Shown here one piece after another: positions 7,720 to 18,037 of a DNA stretch of 64,000 nt (positions are counted from its first letter, which is position 1; the number at the start of each line of letters is the position of its first letter). The DNA is from an uncultured Geobacter sp. GTDB lineage: Bacteria; Desulfobacterota; Desulfuromonadia; Geobacterales; Geobacteraceae. A model generated the notes under the pieces. The model had not been told where the DNA came from. It ran no database searches and saw only the letters and a program-made list of their open reading frames with translations. Location of the stretch: contig CAIWTU010000039.1 in NCBI GenBank assembly GCA_903915655.1, positions 24,113-88,112 on the forward strand, written 5' to 3'. The position numbers and the translations under genes were made by a program.

Positions 7720-9876
7720 ATGATGGTTCCCGATAGTTCTTTATCCTATATTGAGGCAGATTCCCAGGATATCCTAGCATTATATCGTTCATCTTCAACT
7801 GTCGCGGTTGAGGTAGATGGTTTTCAGTCAAAAAAGTGCGATGCCTTCATCTGTGCTGTGAAGGAGGGTGATTTATTCTCTATTTATCTGGTACTTCTGG
7901 CAAATGAAACCAGGAATACCCTCCTCTATACCTTCAAGACGCAGCCCAATACCGAAGGAGTGTATGCCGACAGAATGGAGGAGGCTGTCGGTTTTGCGAA
8001 AGACATCGGCTTCACGATGCAAAGTGTTAATCTTGACTACAGCAAGGCCTTGCGCGAGGTCATTATTAGCGATACCCGGGTTATCCGTTTTCCCAAAGTA
8101 ACCAAAAAAGGAGCTTCCGGGAAAATTGTCTCCAGAGCTACAGCTGCGGATAAAACTGTGATGTCTCTTGGTAAAGACGAAAATATCATTCCGCCTTCTG
8201 GCAAGGTTGAAGAAGAGAAATTTGTCGCAGATAAAAATGGAGACAAAGGAGTAAAAGAAGAGAAATTCGCTATTGGTGGATCTCTTGACGGGGGGGTGAT
8301 AGTTCCAGAACGTCATGATAAAGAAGAATCCGCCGGTATCAGGGTAGAACTTGCGAAGGTGACAGCTGAAAAGTATTCCGCGGAAAAGGCATCGGCCGGA
8401 GAACTGGCTGCGGCAAAATCCGAACTGGAAGGTTTGAAAGCGGAAATCACTAGAAGTGAGGCGATTGCACGGAAAGAGCTTGCTGCTGTCAGAACTGAGA
8501 TAAAGAATCTCTCCGGAGTGAAAGTATCTCCTGAAAAGCCGTTGGCCGATGAATTGACAGCTGCCCGTGTCGAACTAGAAGGCTTGATTGAGCAAAAAAA
8601 CTCGGCTCAGGGAGTTGCGGTTAAAGAACTGGCCGCAGTGCTTACCAGGATTGAGCAGTTATCAGAGGGAAAAAGTGCTGCCGAACGGTCAGCCGCAGAT
8701 CGTTTGTCGGCTGCGAAAACAGAGCTGGAAACCGTGATAAAAGAGAAAGCGCTTCTTGAAAAAGTTGCAGTTGAAGAGTTGACTTTTGTAAGGGGTGCGA
8801 TAAAAAATCTTGCCGAGGCGAAGAGCGACACTGAAAAGGCTCAAGACAGGGAGCTCTCTGCTGCCAGAGCCATGCTGGATGAATTGAAACGGTTGAAAAA
8901 ATTGGCCGAAGCAACTGCCAGTGAAGAGCTCTCTTTATTGTCGGATGAAGTAAAAAAAGTTGCGGCAAAAAAGGGGCTAGCCGAAAAAACCGCGATCGCT
9001 AATCTGTCGAATCTGAGAAATCTGTTGCAGGGGGTCATAAGCGAGATTATATCTGCAGAAGGAGCAGTCATCCGGCTTTTTTCCGATATCAGGGGCGAGG
9101 CGGAGGGGTTACTTCCGAAATTCGGAGTTATAGAAAACTTGCCATATCAGGAAGTTGCTGCCGGTAAGGACGAGACAAATGAAGTTCAGGTCAAGATAAA
9201 AACTGCTAACGTACAGACCGATCGGGATAGAAAACCGAGAGATGCAGCTGCCGAAGAAAAGGGTGCTGAACAGAAGGGTGCTGAAGAGGTTGAAACGAAC
9301 CGGTTTGCTGGAACGATGTTGCCAGACAGAGGAAACAAGCCGAAAATCGATGCCGCAGAGGAGAGTCGGCTGTTGGAACCGGCTGACTCAGTTCCCTTTG
9401 AAGAGCCGGAGACCCTCTTCTCTGGCAACGAGAAAATAGACAATGCCGGCTTCCCCTCACTCCCCGCAGAACAATCTTCAACTTCTTTCACAAAATTCCA
9501 GGTTGACCCATCTCTTTCCTTTATAGAGTTCAGATCTGTCGAAGATGTAATTGCAATATACCAATCGTTAAATGTTGCAAGGGTCAATACGCTGGGCCAT
9601 AAGCCAGAGAATGCTGAAGCCTTTATATGTGGTCTGAATAAAGGAGGAAAGCCTTCAGTTTATATAGCTTTACAGCTTATTGACAAAAAAGAGACACTCG
9701 TTTATCTACCTGAGGCACAACCTGCAAATTCCAGCGAGTACGACAAAACAGTTCAGGCTGCCGTTGAATTTTTCGAGAGAGCCGGTTTTATAATGGATAC
9801 CTTTGCACTACGTGGTAAAGAGGAAAGCCATGCTAAGATTATCGAAAAAATACCGGTGTTGCGCCGCGCCCCCTGA
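7720..9876 (+). CDS. Hypothetical protein with duplicated terminal globular domains flanking about five 50-aa coiled-coil repeats
   Basis: N-terminal (aa ~20-115) and C-terminal (aa ~600-705) segments align with each other (AFICAVKEGD…IYLVL vs AFICGLNKGG…VYIAL; AVGFAKDIGFTM vs AVEFFERAGFIM). The central ELAAVRTEIKNL…ELEGLIEQK unit repeats with a 50-aa period. Confidence 0.7.
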   Translation: MMVPDSSLSYIEADSQDILALYRSSSTVAVEVDGFQSKKCDAFICAVKEGDLFSIYLVLLANETRNTLLYTFKTQPNTEGVYADRMEEAVGFAKDIGFTMQSVNLDYSKALREVIISDTRVIRFPKVTKKGASGKIVSRATAADKTVMSLGKDENIIPPSGKVEEEKFVADKNGDKGVKEEKFAIGGSLDGGVIVPERHDKEESAGIRVELAKVTAEKYSAEKASAGELAAAKSELEGLKAEITRSEAIARKELAAVRTEIKNLSGVKVSPEKPLADELTAARVELEGLIEQKNSAQGVAVKELAAVLTRIEQLSEGKSAAERSAADRLSAAKTELETVIKEKALLEKVAVEELTFVRGAIKNLAEAKSDTEKAQDRELSAARAMLDELKRLKKLAEATASEELSLLSDEVKKVAAKKGLAEKTAIANLSNLRNLLQGVISEIISAEGAVIRLFSDIRGEAEGLLPKFGVIENLPYQEVAAGKDETNEVQVKIKTANVQTDRDRKPRDAAAEEKGAEQKGAEEVETNRFAGTMLPDRGNKPKIDAAEESRLLEPADSVPFEEPETLFSGNEKIDNAGFPSLPAEQSSTSFTKFQVDPSLSFIEFRSVEDVIAIYQSLNVARVNTLGHKPENAEAFICGLNKGGKPSVYIALQLIDKKETLVYLPEAQPANSSEYDKTVQAAVEFFERAGFIMDTFALRGKEESHAKIIEKIPVLRRAP

Positions 9877-9886
9877 TTTTAATGTT

Positions 9887-9918
9887 AAAAGAGTAAAGAC
9901 CGTTTGATTTCTTTACTC
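9887..9918. terminator. Hairpin between convergent genes; T-run on the minus strand (speA terminator)
   Basis: gagtaaag-N12-ctttactc, preceded by aaaa on the plus strand, which reads TTTT after the hairpin on the minus strand. Confidence 0.5.
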
Positions 9919-9970
9919 GGCACGGCCGGGTAAATCCGGCGGTTTCAAGTTTTTGAAGCCGATCCTGCTA

Positions 9971-11878
9971 CTATTTTCCCAAATATGTGTAGGACTGCAG
10001 CGTCTTGTCCAACAGTTCTAGGAAATGGCTGCTTTCTTCGATAGAGATCTTTTGCAAGGCAACGCTCTGTTCAAGATTGTTCTGAACACGCTTTAATATT
10101 TCGTTTCCATCGTACTGTACATATTTCAGGCTTTCCCATGTTGCATCGCCATTAATCACGGTATCAATCTTGTAATTGGTCTTTTTATTGAATGTTATGT
10201 GGACCGCGTTCGTGTCACCAAACAGATTGTGCATATCGCCAAGTATTTCCTGATAAGCGCCGATCAGGAAGAAGCCGATATAATATTCCTCGTCAGCCCG
10301 GATCTTGTGGATCGGGAGAAATTTGGTTCTTCCGTTCTCGCCGACAAAGCTGGTGATTTCGCCGTCTGAATCACAGGTTATATCCGCTATGGAAGAAATA
10401 ACATCCGGTTTCTGATGAAGCCGCTGGATCGGGACAATCGGGAATAACTGGTCGATCGCCCACGAGTCCGGAATCGATTGGAATAGGGAAAAATTGGCAA
10501 AATAAGTCTGACGCAAGCTGAGCTGGAAATTCTGCAATTCCTCAGGTATTGGCCTGATTTTTTCTACTATGCTGTTTATCTTCCTGATAATTTTCGAACA
10601 GACCCATTCCGCGATTGCTCGCTCATTTAAGTTGAGATAGCCAAGATTAAAAAGGCTTACCGCCTCCTGGATCAGTTGGATCGTATCGTGGTAATCTTCA
10701 CGTAGCGAATGCCGGTCGATACTTTTATAGATATCGACCAGTTTTGTTACCGTTGGCGACAATTTTTCCGGCTGGGTCAGAATTGATTCAAAATCCGGCA
10801 TGAGGTTCTGAGTGTTGGTGTTTAATATGTTGGTAACCAGTACGGAATAATGGGCAACGGTTGCCCGACCCGACTCAGATATGATGTTCGGACAGTCGAT
10901 ACCGGCATCGTCGCAGATATTTTTTATCTGGTAGATTACGTCATTGGCATATTCTTCGACGGAATAATTTACGCTTGAAAAGTAGCTCGATTTTGATCCG
11001 TCGTAATCAACGCCAAGTCCCCCCCCGATATCAAGATACTCCAGGTTTACGCCGAGTTTCTTCATTTCCACGTAAATTCGAGTTCCTTCGATCAGCGCGT
11101 TTTTTATTTTGTCGATTTTTGTTATCTGGCTGCCGATGTGAAAATGTAGCAATTTCACGCTTTCAAGGAGATTGTGCTTTTCGAGCATGTCAATAGCGGC
11201 TATGATCTCAGAGATCCTTAAACCGAATTTAGCGTCCTCTCCACCGGAGGTTGCCCATTTTCCGGTTCCCTTTGACGATAATTTTACCCGTATTCCGAGT
11301 TTGGGTACAATTCCGGTTGTTTCGGAAAGCTCGATAATTTTTTCGAGCTCAAACAGTTTTTCTACAACAATGGTTATGTCATAACCGACCCTGTTTGCAT
11401 ATAGAATCGTTTCGATGTATTCCGTATCTTTGTAACCATTGCAGATAATCGGCAGGCCGCTCTCTGTGGCCAATGAGATTGCAGCTACCAGCTCCGGTTT
11501 TGAACCGACCTCAAGGCCAATTGAGTATTTCTTCCCGAAAGTTGTGATTGCCTCTACAACCTGTCGTTGCTGATTAACTTTGATAGGATAAAATGTCTGA
11601 TATTTCGAAGGGTAATTATTTTCATGGATCGCATTTTTGAAAGCACGGCTGATCGATGCTATCCGTCCTTCGAGGATGTTCATGAACCTTAGGAGGATGG
11701 GCGGTTTGATTTTTCGTTTGATAAGGTCATCAACAAGCGATTTTAACTCGATTGAGTGTTTTGAATTAGGCGAAGGGTGAACACAGATGTTCCCCTTTTT
11801 GTTTATCGAGAATAAATCGGCGCCCCAGTTGTTGAGATTGTAGATTTTGGCGGAATCGTTAATTGACCAGCGTTCCAT
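9971..11878 (-). CDS. speA: Biosynthetic arginine decarboxylase
   Basis: 635 aa. N-terminus MERWSINDSAKIYNLNNWG… and overall length and profile are typical of SpeA (PLP-dependent, group IV decarboxylase). Confidence 0.92.
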   Translation of the reverse strand: MERWSINDSAKIYNLNNWGADLFSINKKGNICVHPSPNSKHSIELKSLVDDLIKRKIKPPILLRFMNILEGRIASISRAFKNAIHENNYPSKYQTFYPIKVNQQRQVVEAITTFGKKYSIGLEVGSKPELVAAISLATESGLPIICNGYKDTEYIETILYANRVGYDITIVVEKLFELEKIIELSETTGIVPKLGIRVKLSSKGTGKWATSGGEDAKFGLRISEIIAAIDMLEKHNLLESVKLLHFHIGSQITKIDKIKNALIEGTRIYVEMKKLGVNLEYLDIGGGLGVDYDGSKSSYFSSVNYSVEEYANDVIYQIKNICDDAGIDCPNIISESGRATVAHYSVLVTNILNTNTQNLMPDFESILTQPEKLSPTVTKLVDIYKSIDRHSLREDYHDTIQLIQEAVSLFNLGYLNLNERAIAEWVCSKIIRKINSIVEKIRPIPEELQNFQLSLRQTYFANFSLFQSIPDSWAIDQLFPIVPIQRLHQKPDVISSIADITCDSDGEITSFVGENGRTKFLPIHKIRADEEYYIGFFLIGAYQEILGDMHNLFGDTNAVHITFNKKTNYKIDTVINGDATWESLKYVQYDGNEILKRVQNNLEQSVALQKISIEESSHFLELLDKTLQSYTYLGK

Positions 11879-11963
11879 AATTTACCAACTTTCTGTTAAA
11901 GAAGTGTTCAGAATAGAGAATTAACAGCTATTCTGATATCAGACATCTGAACGCTGACCGCTT

Positions 11964-13118
11964 TCACGATAAACGTGACTTGAAATCTTCGTAGGTAAAG
12001 CTGCGTATGACCTTGAGTTCTGCAGTTCGTGGCTCAAAAGTGCAGATGTGAGGGAGGCAAATACCGTTAAAGGTCGTGTTCTTTACCATTGTGTAGTGAG
12101 CCATGTCAAGGAAGGCGAGTCGATCACCGGGGTGTAGCGGCTGTTCGAAGGACCAGTCTCCGATAACGTCTCCGGCAAGGCATGAGGGGCCTCCCAAACG
12201 ATAAGTATGTGGCATTTCCCCCGGTTTGAAACCACCTGCTATCTCCGGACGGTATGGCATCTCAAGAACGTCTGGCATGTGGCAGGCCGCAGAAACATCC
12301 AAAATGGCAATATCGGTCTGATTATGGACGATATCGAGCACTTCTCCCACCAGGATGCCGGTACCAAGAGCGATAGCTTCGCCTGGCTCAAGGTAAACCT
12401 CGAGATTGTACTTCTGTCGGAAATGGAGGACCAGTTCAACCAGTCCGTCGATATCGTAGCCTTCACGGGTGATATGGTGCCCTCCGCCGAGGTTGAGCCA
12501 TTTCATTCCCGACAGAAACCGGCCGAATTTCTCCTCAAAGGCTTGAGCGGTTCGTTCCAGTGGTTCAAAAAGCTGTTCACAGAGGGTATGGAAGTGGAGG
12601 CCTTCAACACCCTTTAGAGACCGCCCCCCGAACTCCGCAAGGGGGATGCCGAGCCGAGAGCCGGGCGCGCAGGGGTCATAGAGCGCGGTGTGACCTTCGG
12701 AATGTTCCGGATTTACCCGAAGACCGATTGAAACCCTGCCGCAGTAGGGCTGCCATAGAGGACGGAATCTCTCAAGCTGGCTAAAGGAATTGAATACGAT
12801 ATGGTTCGAGGTCTCAAGCAATTCCGCTACATCCGACTCGCTGAGGCCCGCGGCAAAACTGTGGACTTCACGACCAAATTCCTCCCGTCCCAGGCGGGCT
12901 TCCCAGGGCGAGCTGGCGCAAACGCCATGGAGTGTCTGGCGGATAACACCGAAAAGACTCCACATGGAAAAACCTTTTAGAGCAAGCAGTATTTTCGCTC
13001 CGCTCCTGCTCTGGACCTCATCAAGCAGGGCGAGATTCTCACGCAGCCTGCCGAGGTCAACCACGTAGGCTGGAGAAGGGGCCAGTTCAACTATTTTGTC
13101 AATTTTAATGTCGGTCAA
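11964..13118 (-). CDS. nspC: Carboxynorspermidine/carboxyspermidine decarboxylase
   Basis: 384 aa of the group IV decarboxylase fold (…SPAYVVDLGRLRENL…ALKGF…). It lies adjacent to the saccharopine-dehydrogenase-like gene and speA, the canonical alternative polyamine pathway context. Confidence 0.85.
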   Translation of the reverse strand: MTDIKIDKIVELAPSPAYVVDLGRLRENLALLDEVQSRSGAKILLALKGFSMWSLFGVIRQTLHGVCASSPWEARLGREEFGREVHSFAAGLSESDVAELLETSNHIVFNSFSQLERFRPLWQPYCGRVSIGLRVNPEHSEGHTALYDPCAPGSRLGIPLAEFGGRSLKGVEGLHFHTLCEQLFEPLERTAQAFEEKFGRFLSGMKWLNLGGGHHITREGYDIDGLVELVLHFRQKYNLEVYLEPGEAIALGTGILVGEVLDIVHNQTDIAILDVSAACHMPDVLEMPYRPEIAGGFKPGEMPHTYRLGGPSCLAGDVIGDWSFEQPLHPGDRLAFLDMAHYTMVKNTTFNGICLPHICTFEPRTAELKVIRSFTYEDFKSRLS

Positions 13119-13210
13119 TGGTCTCTGCCTATATGCTGAAGGGGCGGTTTTTACCGTCCGAAGAGGCGCCGTTTCGAGGCGCCTACAAAAACAGTGATCC
13201 TCTTTTATCT

Positions 13211-14407
13211 TTACAGTTCAAGCCAATCCCCACCTTCAACTACAGTCCAGGGAAGTCCCATTTCAGCAAGCGTTGCCAGAAACGGATCGGGATCGAACTG
13301 TTCCATGTTGAAGACCCCGGCGCCGCGCCATTTCCCAGTGAGCATCATTATTGCTCCCACCACTGCCGGTACGCCGGTGGTGTAGCTGATTGCCTGGGAC
13401 TTGACCTCCTGGTAACAGAGTTCGTGGTCACAGATATTATAGATGTAGACCTGTTTTTTCTCCCCGTTCCTGAGCCCCTTTGCTACCACGCCGATGCAGG
13501 TGCGCCCTTTGGTCAGCGGGCCAAGGCTACCTGGATCGGGCAGCAGCGCCTTGAGGAATTGCAGCGGAACTATCCTTTGGCCGTTAAACTCTATTTCGTC
13601 GATACGGGTCATGCCAACGTTCTGCAAGACTTCCAGATGCTTGAGATAGTTGTCCGAAAAGGTCATCCAGAACTGTGCCTTGCGGATAGTCGGGATATGT
13701 TTGACCAGAGACTCCATCTCTTCATGGTACATCCGGTAGATATTCATCGGTCCGATCCCCGCAGGGAAGTCGTACTGCCGCTTGGCAGTGAGTGCGGGAG
13801 TTTCGAGCCACTGACCATTTTCCCAGTGCCGGCATGGCGCGGTTACTTCGCGAATATTTATTTCCGGGTTGAAATTGGTGGCAAAAGGCTGACCATGGTT
13901 GCCCGCGTTTGCATCGATGATGTCGATCTCGTGGATTTCGTCCAGATAATGTTTGGCTGCGAGTGCAGTGAATACATTGGTGACTCCGGGATCGAAACCG
14001 CTTCCCAGAAGCGACATCAGACCTTTCTCCCTGAAACGGTCATGATAGGCCCATTGCCAGCTGTACTCGAACTTTGCTGTTTCCAGCGGTTCGTAATTGG
14101 CGGTGTCCAGGTAATCGACCCCCGTTGCCAGGCATGCGTCCATAATCGTCAGGTCCTGGTAGGGGAGGGCGACGTTGATAACGAGCCTCGGTTGCTCGCG
14201 TTTGATCAACTCTATAAGTTCGGGGACGTTATCGGCATTTACCTGAACCGTTTTTACCGGATAATCTATTTCCGCCGCGATAGCCCGGCATTTTGATTCC
14301 GTACGTGAAGCAAGGGTAATTGCGGTAAATACGTTGGAAGCCTGGGCGCACTTGTGAGTTACGACCCCGCCTACTCCTCCTGCCCCGATTATCAATACTT
14401 TGCTCAT
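13211..14407 (-). CDS. Saccharopine dehydrogenase-family carboxynorspermidine/carboxyspermidine dehydrogenase
   Basis: 398 aa with an N-terminal Rossmann motif KVLIIGAGGVGGVV. It is the first gene of the operon with nspC and speA. Confidence 0.8.
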   Translation of the reverse strand: MSKVLIIGAGGVGGVVTHKCAQASNVFTAITLASRTESKCRAIAAEIDYPVKTVQVNADNVPELIELIKREQPRLVINVALPYQDLTIMDACLATGVDYLDTANYEPLETAKFEYSWQWAYHDRFREKGLMSLLGSGFDPGVTNVFTALAAKHYLDEIHEIDIIDANAGNHGQPFATNFNPEINIREVTAPCRHWENGQWLETPALTAKRQYDFPAGIGPMNIYRMYHEEMESLVKHIPTIRKAQFWMTFSDNYLKHLEVLQNVGMTRIDEIEFNGQRIVPLQFLKALLPDPGSLGPLTKGRTCIGVVAKGLRNGEKKQVYIYNICDHELCYQEVKSQAISYTTGVPAVVGAIMMLTGKWRGAGVFNMEQFDPDPFLATLAEMGLPWTVVEGGDWLEL

Positions 14408-14578
14408 CTGTAAGTCCTCTTTGCATGTGAAATGAAAAAATGCTTCAGGGAAAATGCGTTATTCAGAATTATTCTCTTGCCGGAATAAGCAAAAAAAATT
14501 TCTAGCGTGCCAGCCTCTTGCAAATGTGAAAACAGTCGTCATTCCTGGAGAGGAAAATCTTTCTGCCTGAACATCGTG

Positions 14579-15124
14579 CTAATAGTAAAATGTCGGAGGG
14601 GTTACCACCCACAATATCCTCGCCGGCCCTTTACCAATATTTTTCACGGAATGCTTCCTGTCGGAACAAAAATAGAAGCATTCATCCTTCCTTAACGTGT
14701 GCAGCTTCTCGTCCAGCCTCAACTGAACTTTTCCGAGCAGAACGAATCCGAATTCCTCCCCTTCATGGAACTGCTGCTCGTCCATTTCTTCTCCTGGCGC
14801 AAGAGTTACGAGAACAGGGTCCATCTCCCTGTTCTGTGCTCCAGGCACCAGAAGTTCGACTTTTATTCTTTCATCACTGGAAGCCTGTACCCTGGCATCC
14901 TTGCCGTAGACAATATCCTCGGCATCGGTCGTGTCGCTGAAAAATTCCTGCATGCTGACTCCAAAGACATCCAGGATGTCCTTCAGGGTAGCAATGGAGG
15001 GGGAAGTGGCATCATTTTCGAGCTGGGAGATGAATCCCTTGGTAAGGTCGGCACGGCTTGCCAACTCTTCCTGGGTAAGAGAGTTGATAATCCTCAATCG
15101 CTTCAACCCCTCGCCTATTCTCAA
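14579..15124 (-). CDS. XRE-family HTH transcriptional regulator with C-terminal cupin domain
   Basis: HTH_3 signature (LKRLRIINSLTQEELASRADLTKGFISQLEN) followed by a cupin-like beta-barrel segment (…HEGEEFGFVLLGKV…). Confidence 0.85.
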   Translation of the reverse strand: MRIGEGLKRLRIINSLTQEELASRADLTKGFISQLENDATSPSIATLKDILDVFGVSMQEFFSDTTDAEDIVYGKDARVQASSDERIKVELLVPGAQNREMDPVLVTLAPGEEMDEQQFHEGEEFGFVLLGKVQLRLDEKLHTLRKDECFYFCSDRKHSVKNIGKGPARILWVVTPPTFYY

Positions 15125-15420
15125 ATAATCCTCCCGGTATGATAACGGTAAGCTTTTCTGCCAATTGAATAAGTTTAGTGATTCTAAACTTTATGTTTAA
15201 CAAGGTCAGGTTTATAATATAACGGAAACAAGCTGTCAATAATTATTTTCAATGGCGGACACTATATCTCCCCCTCGCTGCAGAATGACTTTGCAAATTC
15301 ATTGACATCCTACTGTTGATTTATTACCTTTACACCGACCTGCGGCAATGTGAGAAAGCTGGGGTTACCGGGGAGTTCTTATCCAGGGGCGGGTTATGAG
15401 CATTTAACAAGGAGGCGACA

Positions 15421-16233
15421 ATGATTAATGAGGCACTGGTAGGGTTTATAGGTGGCGGTAATATGGCAGAAGCCATCATAAAGGGATTATTGGCTGGAGG
15501 AGTCTCGTCATCTAATATTACGGTATCCGAACCTCTTGAAAAACGGAGGAATTTTCTGAGTGAGACCTACAAGGTAAATGTATCCACTGATAACGGAGCC
15601 GTAGTTTCGGCCGCTTCGCTAATCATTATGGCCGTAAAGCCACAGGTATGCGTCAAAATTCTTGAGGGGATAGCAAACGACAATTTCCATGGGAAACTGG
15701 TTGTTTCAATAATGGCCGGGGTGAGAACGGGAACGATAGAAGCTGCCCTTGACTCCGGTGTCAGAGTAGTAAGGGTTATGCCCAATACTCCGGCACTCGT
15801 GCTTGAAGCAGCCACAGCCATATGCCCCGGCTCCTGTGCAACAACTGAAGATGTTGCACTTACCACTACTATCTTTAACCTCCTCGGCAAGACATGCCAG
15901 GTTGAGGAAAAGCTTCTCGATGCGGTAACAGGTCTTTCGGGAAGCGGCCCGGCTTATGTATTTACCTTCATTGAGGCGCTTTCCGATGCAGGAGTCAAGA
16001 ATGGCCTCCCCCGTGATGTCGCCACCATGCTTGCGGCGCAGACCGTTTTTGGCTCCGCGAAAATGGTGCTGGAGACTGGGGAGCACCCGGCTCTGTTGCG
16101 GGAAAAAGTTACCTCTCCGGGCGGGACGACTATTGCGGGACTCCATGTTCTGGAGCTGGCAGGCTTTCGGGGAACTGTCATGACGTCGGTGGATGCTGCG
16201 ACAAACCGTTCGTCGGAATTGGGGAAGAAGTAA
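15421..16233 (+). CDS. proC: Pyrroline-5-carboxylate reductase
   Basis: 270 aa. NADP-binding GFIGGGNMAEAI and the C-terminal …VTSPGGTTIAGL… signature. Confidence 0.93.
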   Translation: MINEALVGFIGGGNMAEAIIKGLLAGGVSSSNITVSEPLEKRRNFLSETYKVNVSTDNGAVVSAASLIIMAVKPQVCVKILEGIANDNFHGKLVVSIMAGVRTGTIEAALDSGVRVVRVMPNTPALVLEAATAICPGSCATTEDVALTTTIFNLLGKTCQVEEKLLDAVTGLSGSGPAYVFTFIEALSDAGVKNGLPRDVATMLAAQTVFGSAKMVLETGEHPALLREKVTSPGGTTIAGLHVLELAGFRGTVMTSVDAATNRSSELGKK

Positions 16234-16254
16234 ATTGGAGTGAAGATCCACCGG

Positions 16255-16437
16255 TCATCGATCGGGAATATTTCCCCCGGCACGGTTCAGACGGTCATAA
16301 AGTTCTATCTGCTCCTGCATGGAAAGCTTTTTTCTGCAACTCCCTTTATGACCGAGACAGATTCGGCATCGGTCGTCGCTGCACCATTGGCAGTAGGTGC
16401 AGTCCGGGCAGGGGTGCTTTTTGTCGTCATTTGTCAT
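16255..16437 (-). CDS. Small cysteine-rich protein (8 Cys in 60 aa), function unknown
   Basis: HPCPDCTYCQWCSDDRCRICLGHKGSC gives CxxC-type spacing suggesting metal binding. It is convergent with proC. No family was recognised. Confidence 0.4.
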   Translation of the reverse strand: MTNDDKKHPCPDCTYCQWCSDDRCRICLGHKGSCRKKLSMQEQIELYDRLNRAGGNIPDR

Positions 16438-16577
16438 GGAGCCTCGTACATAAGGCGAAAGGGAGTGGCTTTGGCATATCCGGTGGAGTTATTCAGATCC
16501 GTGCGGGTCGTGCCGGTTATTAGGCTGCAATTGTATTGCTGATGCCAACCAATGATTATTTGCGGTACATCTTGAAT

Positions 16578-17393
16578 CTAATAGGCACTATTCTGCTTTG
16601 GCGTCGTTCCGGTCAGTATCCTGATAAAAGCACTCCCCTGGTCAGAGTTAACCATCAGAAAACGTGGGAGTTTCATAGGGTTGTCGCCGGTGCCGGCAAG
16701 GTGCCGCTCGATGGTAAATGCCGTCTTGTATCCTGAAGCGACGGCCCTGCTTATCAGGAAGTCGTCATAGATCCCGAATGGCCAGCCAAGCATGTCGATA
16801 GTTCCTCCCAGCTCCTTTCCGAGTCTTTCCTGAGATTTCCTGAGTTGAGAATTGACTAATTTTTCATATTCCGCCTGTTTAAGCTTCTTCTTTTCCCGTT
16901 TGAAATTGGGGTGCCAATAGGTATGGGACTGAATGTCGAACAGCCCAGTTTTTTTCAGTGCGCGCAGCTGCTCCCAGGTCATGGCATAGCTGGCGTTCGA
17001 GATTGCGGAAGGGTAGGCGAAGACCGTAACGGGGATATTATATTTTTTCACCAGCGGCAACATGCAGGTATAAACCGAGATGTGCGCATCATCTTCCACG
17101 ATAACAACCGATTTGGGTGGTGGAAAGGGCCCTTTTTTTATATAATAATCGACTAGTTGACGCAGGGGGATTACCGTGTAACCGTTATCTTTAAGATATT
17201 TCAGGTGTGACTCAAACACCCTACTGGTTACTGTCATTGAATCGGATACCTCGGATCCAAATCGATGGTAGAGCAGAATCGGGACACCGGCCGGTCTCCT
17301 ATCCTGCGGGTGCTCCACGGGGGGGGCGGCGGACGCCGATGTGATGCAGGCGAAAAATAGGAGAAGGTAAGTCACCATCAAGCGTAATGTCAT
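16578..17393 (-). CDS. Secreted polysaccharide deacetylase (NodB-homology) family protein
   Basis: Signal peptide (…FFACITSASA) and a PILLYHRFG start of the NodB domain. HTYWHP motif. Confidence 0.8.
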   Translation of the reverse strand: MTLRLMVTYLLLFFACITSASAAPPVEHPQDRRPAGVPILLYHRFGSEVSDSMTVTSRVFESHLKYLKDNGYTVIPLRQLVDYYIKKGPFPPPKSVVIVEDDAHISVYTCMLPLVKKYNIPVTVFAYPSAISNASYAMTWEQLRALKKTGLFDIQSHTYWHPNFKREKKKLKQAEYEKLVNSQLRKSQERLGKELGGTIDMLGWPFGIYDDFLISRAVASGYKTAFTIERHLAGTGDNPMKLPRFLMVNSDQGSAFIRILTGTTPKQNSAY

Positions 17394-17641
17394 TTTTGGG
17401 GATTTCTCCTTGTTCTGTTGGTAGGTTCAAGATTCTAGCACCCGGTGGCGGGGTCATGCAACCTATTAATTCGCTCACTATCGGTAGATAAAAATTCAGT
17501 GAAAGTGCAGCGGACCCTGACCATCACTCTCTTGACATTGCAGCGGTTGTAGGTTAATTTTGCATTTGAAAATGATTCGGGTTCCATGTGGTCCGATTAG
17601 GGCTCCAAGTCCGGGGCCTTTTGCTGCACAGGGGGGATTTT

Positions 17642-18016
17642 ATGGAGGTTGCTCTTTCCATCGGGCTTTTTGGCGCTGTCGGATGTCTGGCGCGCTATTT
17701 CCTTTCGGGCTGGGTATATGGGATGTTTGGCAGATTTTTTCCATATGGAACTTTTGTTGTAAATATTGTGGGAGCATTTCTGATCGGACTCATAATGGAA
17801 GTTGCCCTGAGGAGCACCCTTATTCCGCCAACTCTTCGCTTGGGGCTTACTATAGGTTTTCTGGGCGGCCTTACCACCTTCTCCACATTCAGCTACGAAA
17901 CGTTCAGACTGCTTGAGGACGGAGAGTTTTTTATCGCATCGGCAAACGTATTGCTGAGTGTGCTGACTTGCCTTGCGTTTACCTGGGTCGGGATAATTAC
18001 CGCACGTTATCTGTAA
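17642..18016 (+). CDS. crcB: Fluoride ion channel CrcB/FluC
   Basis: GAVGCLARY…, FVVNIVGAFLIGL…, GFLGGLTTFSTFSYE are CrcB signatures. ATG at 17642 follows a GGGGGG Shine-Dalgarno sequence. Confidence 0.9.
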   Translation: MEVALSIGLFGAVGCLARYFLSGWVYGMFGRFFPYGTFVVNIVGAFLIGLIMEVALRSTLIPPTLRLGLTIGFLGGLTTFSTFSYETFRLLEDGEFFIASANVLLSVLTCLAFTWVGIITARYL

Positions 18017-18037
18017 GAGTGTCGGAGGGTAAAGAAA

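Noticed and set aside
13118-14296. 392-aa plus-strand ORF
   Set aside because: It is an antisense shadow of the well-supported saccharopine-dehydrogenase-like gene (13211-14407, minus strand). It has no motifs, an odd composition and no RBS.
17500-17641. Possible fluoride (crcB-motif) riboswitch upstream of crcB
   Set aside because: I could not find the conserved GGnGAUGG…UUCnCC P1/pseudoknot segment or the CUGAUGAUnCCUAC 3' segment. AAAATGATTCGGGTTCC and CCGATTAGGGCTCC are only vague look-alikes. A cmsearch with RF01734 would settle it.
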